DNA of 64,000 nt from Ramazzottius varieornatus (GCA_001949185.1 BDGG01000004.1:2133620-2197619); one strand, 5' to 3'. Counted from the first letter of the stretch, positions 1 through 10,570 are shown. Program-made: numbers and translations. Notes: generated by a model not told the origin, from the sequence alone.

Positions 1-13
1 ATGTCCGAGTTAC

Positions 14-35
14 TTGGTCTGTCTGTCTGCGCCAT
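14..35 (-). CDS. Possible first coding exon (MAQTDRP...) of a minus-strand gene running off the window start
   Basis: Minus strand reads gtagccATGGCGCAGACAGACAGACCAA|gtaact: good Kozak context and a GT donor. Only 22 nt, so the product cannot be identified. Confidence 0.3.
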
Positions 36-833
36 GGCTACGGTGCGCAACGATTAACCTGAGATTCACCAGAATGAACACAAGGAACGAGTCAACTCGG
101 TGCTCTAACGACGGTCATGTAATCGAGGCAGCGCTAACTTCACCAAAACAGGAATAATAAAGATATCTCAGTCCGGCTCAGTTTAATAGCAATGCAAACG
201 GGAAGAGAAAATTAATAAATGTCGCCGAGCTCTGGTCAAAGGAACGAACCTGTATCCTGAAAAGACTGATTCCCAAGATTTCCAAAACGACTACAGTAGT
301 AGCCTTCGACGACGAGTGGTGAAGAATGTGACGTCAGAGCGCCTGACCGAAATACGTTTATTACGTACAACGTCTGTAAAGCATGTTACACGTGACCAGT
401 ACCCGCTGCCCAGCGGCCCAACGTGCAAGTAAGAATGGGGACGTCCCGATTCTTACTTCCCGATTACACAATAACGGCAAATTCATCGCATCAGGATCGT
501 TCTGAACCGCGCTCTTGAACACTCGAAAGACTGCGCACTACGGAACGGAGTGCCGAAAGGGACGTTCAAGCAATAGTTTCTGCGTGCTCAAGGGTTCGCT
601 GCCGAAGAGCCATCATCCAGTTCTCAGGTGGACCGGTAAGGTGGCCAGGTGGCTCAGGTGGCCACTAATTGTGAAAGGTCCGCAACTTGCCAAGGTTGCT
701 CGGAGATTCCTGCGAATGACATACAGAGCGGTTCCCGACTGTGTGCACTACCTCAGCTGATACCTTATGCTCTGAAGTATTGAAGAACCCTCTTGCTTCC
801 GCACTCCATGCGATTACGGGAACCACAGAACCA

Positions 834-1215
834 ATGGCGAACATACCACGAAAAAGCAGCTACGCCGGTCACGCAGAGCATGCAACAACTCCGAATAGCC
901 ATCCTTCGTACAGGGAACCGCCACCTCCGTATTATCAATATCAGCAACACCATGGAGTAAGTTCCCCGCTTCAGCCACCGCATCCGGTAACTCCAGTGTA
1001 CCAGCTTCCACCTGGAACAACTTTAGTGTCCGAAAGAAAACAGTCACCGAACACTATTCGCAAATTCTGTTACGTATCATATACAGTATAAGCATTACTT
1101 GGAGTATTTCCGTAGGTACGTCAATGAAAACGCTACCGAAAGACGGGATAATGCTACAGACTGTTGTATATTGGCGTCATGGGCAATGTTGTGCTGCTGG
1201 TGCTTTGGAGGCTAA
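834..1215 (+). CDS. Small Pro/Gln/Tyr-rich protein with C-terminal Cys-rich membrane module (CYSTM family-like), 2 exons
   Basis: Exon 1 MANIPRK...PPPPYYQYQQ...YQLPPGTTLV. After acceptor ccgtag (1115) the frame reads YVNENATERRDNATDCCILASWAMLCCWCFGG*, which resembles the CYSTM1 tail (TVYVVEDQRRD...CLTACWTALCCCC). The donor is uncertain (phase-2 GT at 1028 or 1043). Confidence 0.6.
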
Positions 1216-1453
1216 CCTTGTGCAGTTTATCCTTTTTTATTGTCTGTTCACGAAAACAAACTTGTCTACTGCGAAAAGGAATAGAAGCATGTTTCCATCT
1301 AATTTTAGTTAGCACAAAAGGTTCAAAAGCGCTACGGAAAATATAAAATTTCACAAAGAGAGGAGATAACTTGCGGCAGAAACATGACAGTTATTCTATA
1401 GAAGCCAACACAGTACGTCGTTGCTAGATTGGAGACCATCCAGCGCCATAGCT

Positions 1454-4400
1454 CTACTGGTTGTCGTATTGGTAGCTGGGACTTGTTGGCGATATCCTAC
1501 AAAACAAAGGTCCATCTAGCAGGGCGAGGTACTTGAACCACAAAAACTGACGTCTTCTTACTGTGAAGGCGAGTACGATGGTGAAGATGGTGAGTAAGAT
1601 GGAGAAGCAGGTGAAATGTAGGCAGGTGAACTACAAAAGGATCGAACCATAGTTATAAACCATCCACTCTTTCCCCTAACAGAATGAAATCATTACGACT
1701 CATACCTCGGTGAATACGCCGGGCTAGCCTGCGCGCTGTACTGAGGCCTGGAAAAACAAGACAAACTGTAAGGAACTATTCAACGTAATAAGGTAGTAAG
1801 CTAATGCAAAAGTACGTACGAAGTTGGGCTGTACGAAGGTGACGCTGGTGAATACTGCGGCGAAGTGGGAGAATAGTACGCCGGGCTTGATGGGCTACAA
1901 ACCGAACATTTCATGGAATCATCATGGTCCATAACGCATGGAATATTCACACCCTTACCTGTAAGTAGGCGAGGATGCGCTGGCGCTGTACAGCTGAGGA
2001 GACGTGGGACTGTAACTGGGTGATGAGGGAGACCAGCCGCTCATACGAGGCGAAGTTGGGCTATAGCTCGGTGAAGCACCTCCCATTCTGTTACTGGTAG
2101 CGCTGGGAGACCTAACGACAGAACATATTGTAAGAGATGTGTTAGATTTAGTGGTTACGAAGGCGAATAGTCCAACTTACGTCATAGCATCGTAGCTTGG
2201 CGAGGTCGGAGAGTAGGTGGTGCCTGTGCCTGAATGTCGAGGGCTCACAGGCGAGTACGACGGACTCCTGGAATCAGAAATCAATATTAGTTCTTCGTAT
2301 TCCAGCTCCAATGCTGAACTAAAATTGAATCCGGATTAAATTTACGTTGGGCTATAGCTGGGGCTCGTCGGCGAATAGTTTGGAGAAGCACCACCAATCA
2401 TCTGTGGGGAAGTTGGTGAGTACGAAGGTGAAGTAGGCGAGTAACCACCAACAGCTGGCGACCTGCGGAAAAAACGAATTGATAAACACTCATAAGCGGA
2501 AGCAGTAGTGATATCGACTTACGATGGCGAGTAAGGGTTGGGAGACACGGCCGGGTACAGCGGAGTGGTGCTACCGTACATCGGCGAAGTCATGCCATAG
2601 CTCGGTGAAGTACCATGGCCCGGCGTCCAGCTTGGACTAGTGCCTCCATAAGGACTCATACCCAGACCGAAGTTGGCTGGGCTAGGCACTGGCGAGAAGA
2701 GATCCTTGAAATGACTGGGCGTGGCACCACCAACAGGTGACCAGGCACCCGGCGCCGGAGTCATGCCACTTTGCGCCATGTGCCAGGGCGTCATTCCTTC
2801 GTTTCGAACACCAGCGCCATCTGAAAAGGAGCATTCGAATCAACAACTTCTGCGATCAATAATTTCTACTCTTCTGCGATTTTGCTGTATAACAAAGGAC
2901 TGGCAAACCCAGTGAGCCAGTATCTTATGAACCTGCATACACTAGCCCCCATATTCGTCAGATTGAGCCAGTATGCAGGTTCTTGCAAAAGGCATTTCCA
3001 GTTTAAAATATTGGTTCATCAACTCCTTACCACTGACAGCAGCGAAGTTGTGGACGTTCATGGGGACTTCCATACCATGTCGACACTTTTCAGGATCGAG
3101 GATCAGGTCGAAGCTACCCGTTCCCAGCCGAGCCAGTTGTCCTAGCATGATATTTTCCGAGACACCTTTCAGGTAGTCGCATTCAGCGTGAGCCGACGCC
3201 TCCATCAGGATGTCCACAGTTTCCTCGAAGGAACACTTCATCAGCGGACCCACTTCTTGACGGTTGATACCATGACGCGTGATGGCCATCAAGTGTCCCT
3301 TCTGTGTCATGACGTCGCACAGCAAGGCCAGATGCCGGTAGTTGACGTACGAACCGTCGAAAGAAATGACGTGGTTGATTTCCTTCTCCAAGGCTCTTCG
3401 CACAGCTTCAATGCCCAGAACTTCGAAGACTTCACAGATGTCATTGGAGACTGTTCGAACTGGATCGACGTCTCGATCGGCGAGTACGCGAAGCAAACTT
3501 GTACCGTCCGTTTCCAAAATCCATTCAGACTGTGCTTTGAATTCACCTTCGTCTGTAATCACGATTCGCTTCTTGTTATCAACAACCTAAAACCAAACCA
3601 GAATGGCGGTCAAGCGTTCCCAAATCTACAATCACAATCATAAACGTAGCAGATCCGCGAGCAAATCAACCTGGATAGTCAGTTAGCTGGGGCGATACAC
3701 GCATGGCGTATGCAGGCGCGCGACGGACAAGGGCAGTTTGTGAACTTGATCAACGGAATGCACCAAACCGTCGTTCGCGTGCGTGCGTACGTACGAAGCC
3801 ATGATATCACAAACCATACGTAAGTATGCAGGTTCGTGAAACATGGGGCTAGTTAAAGCAACGTACCGGCAGGTGCATGTAGACTTTGGCGATGGATTCG
3901 ATGCCTTGCAAGGTCATGTCCGACAGCAAGTTGGCTTCGATGCACCGCAAGAACATGTCATCCTCCATCTTGTCAGTCTGTTCCCGAACGTCCTCGTCCA
4001 GCTTGTCCTCCATGTTGTTGGACATGATACGAATACGCATGACCAAGTTCTCAGCGTTGTCGTCGTTGAAGATGCACAAGAGATCCTCACCGAAGCCCTG
4101 TCGAATCTTGTCAGCAATCATTTCCATCGTCAACTTACGATCCGTCATGCGTTTCCGGTCCATCACGATACGCAGTAGCCATGGACTGATACGCGACGTA
4201 TCGAAATCTGGCATTTCGTAGTAGACGTTAACGAACTCTTGATCTTCGGCGATGACCGTATGCATCGGATCAGGATCGTAGTAGATACCTATGAAAAAAA
4301 TAATCTGAACTACTGGAAACTCGGTCAAAAAACTCGGCAAGATTGTTTCATCAGGTGGTGCAGGTTCTCAGTGTTATTGGCTGAAATCGGGCGCCACTTG

Positions 4401-7400
4401 AGAAAGCGCTCTTTCGGGAAAGGCATTTATGATACAACAGGTTATGGTACCTGTATGAGCAGCCACCTTCCGCAGTGTGGTGTGCTCCAACCGACACAAG
4501 ACTTCCTTGGCCTTCTCTGCATCACGAGCAGCCGGACCCAGCAGGAAGACAGCCAGCGAGGGTGTCTTGGGCTTCTTACTAACGTTGATCAGTTCCTTCA
4601 GACGCGGCACACCCAGCGTGACGTTCTTGGCCGACACACCAGCGTAATGGAAAGTGTTCAGTGTCATCTGGGTGGCGGGTTCTCCCAGACTTTGCGCAGC
4701 CAGAGCGCCCACCATCTCACCCGGACTAACCTGTGCTCGGTTAAACCGCTCTTCGATCTCACCCAACAGCCACTCGAAAGCTGCATTGTTCAGGTGATGC
4801 TCTTCGGCCATGCGTTTCGAGCACAGCGTCGACCGTAGCATGGTATTCATCATGATGGTAGCGTTCTCTTGGGCTTCCTTACTCAGACGATCCTCACCCT
4901 AAACACCAAAGCGCTCATCAATAACCATTCTTTCCACCAAGTTTCACTTTCACACTTTAACTTACTTTGACGATGACAAGTTTCTTCAACAGCTCGTTGA
5001 CGCCTTCCACCACTTTCACAGGATGCAAATCAGTAGTACCGCGCGTCTTGATGTGGAAAGTCTTGATGGCGTTCTGCAGCATACGCTGAAGGTTACATGG
5101 TAAGGCCACTCGATTCTCGCCAGTGGGGAAGATCTTCCGGATGATGTCACGGTCTCTCTTGAGCTGCTCGAACTCTTGCTCCAAGATATTGGGAACCGTC
5201 GGGTTTGTCATGATGTCTTGAACGACAGCTGGGTCGTAGTACTTCTTCAAGAACCTATGAGGGATATCAAACATAAAAGTACTGAGTTCAGACTAAAGTG
5301 CGGGCGGATGTCATGCCTTTCGTTCGTGGTAGAGAACTTGAAACGTTTCTCGAAAGCCGCGTTGTTCGGTTTCATCGTGGGTAACGTCTGGAATTCTACA
5401 GCACAAGCATCCAGACCATCTTCACCATAGCGAAGCTGCGTCAGGGCTTGATGGGCATTGCGGACTGTTCCATCGTATTGGATCATGACACTTTCCATAG
5501 CTTTGATCAGACGACGCTGAATGTAACCGGTCTCGGCTGTCTTTACAGCTGTGTCGATTAAACCTTCACGACCACCCATGGAATGGAAGAAGAACTCGGA
5601 AGGCGTCAGACCAGCCAAGTACGAGTTTTCGACGAAGCCTCGGCTTTCTGGACCGTAATCGTCCGTAATGAAGTGAGGAAGAGTTCGGTGGCGAAAACCG
5701 AAAGGAATACGCTTGCCTTCAACGTTCTGCTGGCCCACACAAGCAATAACCTACGACACGATAGTGATGATGATCGAGAAAACAAAATACCCACAGCTGT
5801 CAATAACCCGCATACATTAAGCCAAGAGTAACTACAGCATGTGTGTATGTAGGTCCATGCCGAATTGACGCTTACATCTGCTAATCCGCTGACCCATCAC
5901 GCACCTGCATACACAACTGCTGCACTAAGCTCACGGCGCCATGTATGCCCGTTTATGAATCTGAGCATTTAACTATAAAATTGACTTAAGAACTCTTCAA
6001 TAATCTTAAATAAAGCTTTTTCCACTGTGATTACTGAGAAAGATTAGTTACCTGTGAGATGTTAATTTTGGACCCCTTCGAGCCAGCCACGACCATAGCC
6101 TTGAAGTTATTGTGGTCAGAAAGGGACTTCTGAGCACTACTACCGGTCTTGTCACGAGCTTCGTTCAGGATACGATTGACTTGGTTCTCGAAGGTCTGTC
6201 GAAGGGTGTTACCAGGAGTCGGCTCTAAACTGTCGTTGTGGGCCTTCTCAATGACTTCCACCACGTCCATCTTGGCTTTTCGAATGGTGTCTTGAATGTC
6301 CCTGTAAGTGTCGGGATCAGCGATGGTGTCACCGATACCAATGGTGTGGCCTTCAATGAGTAGCCAGTTGTTGACCACCGTTTGGATGTGACCCAGGAAG
6401 TTCCCGCAGACCTCGTGACCCAACTCCAGGAACAGCACGTGAATCAGCGATCCGACTGATGTACCCAAAGTCTTCTTACAGATGATACCGCTGATCAGCT
6501 TGCCGTTCTCGATCAGCACCTGCGAACAAAATGCCACCGATGATCAGACGTTCCTAGATGAACAGTCATTCAACACTAAGATTCCAGACTACAACAAACC
6601 TTGGTATCACCAGGTGAAATCCACTTGTACGGTCCGTCATCTTCGCTGTCTGGATGGCCTTCGTGGGTACGCTGCAAGTTGATGGGACCGGGAATGACCA
6701 AGCTAAACAACTGCTTCCCAGTCCACAGAGGCCGGGGCTTCAGGATTGCAGGCATGGGTATCTTGCCGTCCCATCGAGGAAGCCACATCAACAACTGCAT
6801 CATTTGCTCCTACGGAAAAGAACAATCTTTGTTAGCCTTGTGGTGCGAAAGAGCTCTCATCTGAAGCGTACCTTATCGATGAAGACATCTCGCTTCGTCA
6901 TCTTACGAACCGCGGTCAAGGTATCCTGTACGATACCCATGACAGGCCTGTTCGACTGTGGAGTGATGATCTGTCTAGGGACCAGCATCAACTCTGATAC
7001 TTCCGCCCGAGTCTCCATAGACTGCGGGACGTGCAAGTTCATTTCATCCCCGTCGAAATCAGCGTTGTAAGGCGTAGTCACACTGGAATGGATTCACAAG
7101 ATTACGAAAAACTCTTTCGACCAGCTCGTGAGATAACTTAGAGGTTCCTAATTCCATACCTGAGATTCATACGGAACGTGGACCAAGGCAGAATTTTCAC
7201 TCTGTGACCCATCATGGACATTTTGTGAAGTGTGGGCTGCCGATTGAAAATGATCACGTCGTCGTCGTTGATGTGTCTTTCCACCTAAAAACCATGAATC
7301 AGTTTCGCATTCAAGTCTCCTTGTAATATTCCAAAAGTCTTATAGATAGCTTTATTTAGAACTAACCCGGTAGCCGCATTCAAGGTGGAGATCGCTCGTC

Positions 7401-9162
7401 TTTGGATGGTACCGTAGATCGATTCGGTCACCGTTATCGCGGATGATGTACTTGGCTCCGGGATGCTGGTTGTGCCCACGGTAGACCAAGGCGTACAGCT
7501 TCTCGATGTTAAAGGGCGTGACGATTTCCGGGAAGGTCAAGTTCTGCGCCACCGTTCTCGGTACACCGACTTGATCCACACGCAAGTTCGGATCGGGTGT
7601 GATGACGGTACGTGCGGAGAAGTCCACTCGTTTACCCATCAAGTTCCCCCGAATGCGCCCCTCTTTACCCTTCAGACGCTGCTTGATGGACTTCAGTGGA
7701 CGACCAGACTTTTGCATTGCCTACAATATTACACAACATGCAGTAAAACAGAATTTCAGAACGGATTCTCTAATCAAGTACCTTAGGCAAACCGGGAACG
7801 TCGTTGTCGGTGAAAGTGGAGACGTGGTACTGTAGCATCTTGGTGTCTTCTGCAATGACGTGTGCCGCAGCCCCACTGGCTTCGTTTCGCTTGAGCTGGT
7901 TGTTGGTCTTGACAATTTCCGCCAGCTTGTACGTGAGGTCGTCCTGGCTTCGGGCAGATCCCATCATGGTGACGGAGGGTCTAACTTGGAGTGGAGGAAC
8001 CGGCATCACAGTGATGATCATCCATTCAGGACGAGAGTACCTAATATTCCAAAGGCAAAAGGTTAGTGACACACTGTAGCTTAAACCAGGATATCCTGGT
8101 AATCTAAAATGTACTTTGGATCGAATCCCAGCAAGAGACAGTCTTCGTCCGATATGTTGCGGAAGATCTCCAGCACCCGGTCAGCCGAAATGGGCTGCTT
8201 CTTCTCCTGGGACTCTTCGTTAGTCTGCTTCCATTCACCAGTCAAGTCCAAGCCACTTCGCCTGATGCTCGGTTGGTATCGACCACAACCAGAAAACCCA
8301 CTCTAACACAGGAAAAAGTGGCTGCCCAAATTACCATTTCCTGGAATAAGCTTTCACCAACCTTCTTCTTATCCTCGGGAACCGCCTCACCAGCATCGTC
8401 CTTCTTCGAGTCTATTTCAGCTCCACCTTCGCAGATTTTCTTCGCTTTACAGACATCGTAGACCATCATCAGCCGCTTCTTCGGATTTCCTTTCGATCGC
8501 GACAGCGCTTCCTTCATTTTCGCATTCTCCTAAACCATCGCAACATTACGACTTAGTACACCAAAGCTGCAGATTTGTGAGAGTAATAACTTACTGGGCT
8601 GGCAAGCAGTCGGGAACAGTAGAAGCAAACGCAGCGGAGAACTTTAATGGTCTTTGTCAGAAAACCAATGTGGAAGACGGGCTTCGCCAAATCGATGTGA
8701 CCAAAGTGACCTGGAAATTGATACAGAACCGTCCAGCTTCAGAAGGCAAGCTCCCGAAATCGACAACAGCAACCATCCAGCGGTCGGACAACGAGCAAAG
8801 CACCCTCTCAGAACATTTGTTCCTTAGGATACTCCTGAATTTCTTACCAGGACATTCCGTCATGTTGCCAGCACATGTCTGACACCGCATCATACGATCA
8901 ACAGTTCCGAGACGCGGATCCATCAGTCCACCCAGCTTTGGACGTCCGTTCTCGTACACTTCGGCGTATCTGATGCCTCCTTCCGAGGAGGACATAGCTC
9001 TCTGGAACGTAAAACTTTGTAGGACCACAGCGGAACATAAGTGGCAGCTGTCGGACAAGAGTGAAGTCTTACGATTTCATCCGGACTAAGGATACCCAGC
9101 TGGATCCGCTTCACCGTCCTGATCGGTGCAATGGAGTCCATCGTCAATGCTGACACCGCCAT
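1454..9162 (-). CDS. POLR2A: DNA-directed RNA polymerase II largest subunit (multi-exon)
   Basis: [13 protein letters not shown]...ECPGHFG zinc site, [23 protein letters not shown], catalytic [11 protein letters not shown], bridge helix [23 protein letters not shown], trigger loop [15 protein letters not shown], and YSPTSPS CTD. ATG at 9162, stop TAG at 1456-1454. Confidence 0.99.
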
Positions 9163-9267
9163 GGTTGATTCGGATTTCAAGAAGCTTCCGGAGCTATCTA
9201 GCCTGCGACGACAGCATCCAATACGCTAATTGAAATAGTTTCACGTACATTACTGTCAAGATGTCTT

Positions 9268-9398
9268 CTGTACTGCAATGCTTATCGAACTTTGCAAATT
9301 GACGTCACAGTGCACGTGGAGTTTACAGGTATGACGACGCATACAGCACAGGCTTGTTATGACGTAATTGGCGAAGTTCAAGAAGCATTACAGTACAG
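9268..9398. repeat. ~41-bp imperfect inverted repeat (degenerate MITE-like palindrome) ~105 bp upstream of the RPB1 ATG
   Basis: ctgtactgcaatgcttatcgaactttgcaaattgacgtcaca (9268-9309) matches the reverse complement of 9358-9398, ctgtactgtaatgcttcttgaacttcgccaattacgtcata. Contains TGACGTCA (9300), CACGTG (9313) and TGACGTAA (9360). Confidence 0.8.
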
Positions 9399-10570
9399 TG
9401 CGTATCCGGATAGCGATCTGTTACCAGTAGTTCGTCCGATCGCAGCATCTCACATTGTCCCTACATCTTAAGTTTTCACGGAGTTATCGAAGATTCACCA
9501 ATGATCAGACAACAGTTTAGACAATCATACCTGTGCAAAGTCCAGACGCAGACGACTAGCGTCGAGAAGATCAGAGGACGGTGACAGTTTGCGTTGACAT
9601 TTCGCCTCAGGAGTCACCGAGTGGTCCAACCACAGAGGACCTTCCGGCTGAACTGGGAACTCTGTTGGCTCTCAGACGTACAAACTTTTCTGCAAGACTA
9701 CCACCAACAATGCACGTAGATCGGAAGTTCGGGATAATCAGGAGCAGAGCTCTGAAAATCTTGACTATTAAGAATGAGGGCTCCGTAAAGAAATCCAGCT
9801 GGTTATGTATAGCACAGCTATAAAGTCAGTTTCCGACGGCAAAACTGTCAAATGCATAGGGCAGAACTTTCAGGGCATCCCACCAATGGAAAAGGCGGTA
9901 ACAATTAGATAACTGGATGCTGTGTTTTCATTGGACCAAAATCGCACGCTTGCTCTAATCGGTCATCGAGCACCATTATGCAGTCATGTTTTCAATCAAG
10001 CATTGCGTATCGCATCCGTCATACAAGTTGGTTCCTGCATGTGCGGTTCGATGAGAGTGCATCTGGTACAATGCAATGCGCTGCCGCGCAGAGCGCGATT
10101 TAATAATTCTGCAGGCCCACTTTTGCTTTCCGGATGTTTGTCAACCTACTGTAACTTCTTCCGAGTTTGCCTATCCCCTGTCTGTGTTGTGGACTTCTTA
10201 TCCCTGTTCTAGAGTGCATAATCAGGCGGTGCTGATCCAGAGTGGTGGAAGAAGTGATTGATGCTGAAGAGCGGTCTTACTTTCTCGTTGGAACATTGGA
10301 CTTATTCGGGTCTGCCAGGGAATCAATCAAGCGAAAACTGCTGTGAAATAATTTGGAGTACGGACAGTCGAACTGCGAAATAACCCATGAGCAGTAGCGT
10401 TCACGTGCTCCTTCCTACGTATTTCGCGCGGAATCTTTGTGGAGAAGATGACCAGCAGCTCAAGGGATTAGGCCTGTTTCGACGTTAGTTGACGGAGTTG
10501 TACACAGCGCGACCGAGAGGCTGCTCTCGTTTACGGTTCATCCGTGACTGTCAAGGTTAACAGCTTCAGC

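Noticed and set aside
2958-3022. C/D snoRNA in RPB1 intron C (UGAUGA ... CUGA)
   Set aside because: Box C is only ~9 nt from the donor, there is no terminal stem, and I recognise no rRNA/snRNA guide.
3818-3828. U1 snRNA 5'-end mimic (AUACUUAC) in RPB1 intron B
   Set aside because: Only 8 nt and diverges before CUG; compatible with chance.
5751-6051. H/ACA snoRNA in RPB1 intron A (two possible hairpins, ACA near the 3' stem gucaau/auugac)
   Set aside because: No ANANNA H box between the hairpins, and it would not explain the complementarity to introns B and C. An Rfam/snoReport scan would settle it.
2721-8882. Many plus-strand ORFs antisense to RPB1 (and similar ones opposite ATG2, Tuba and pros)
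   Set aside because: Shadow frames of real coding exons with no protein-like signature.
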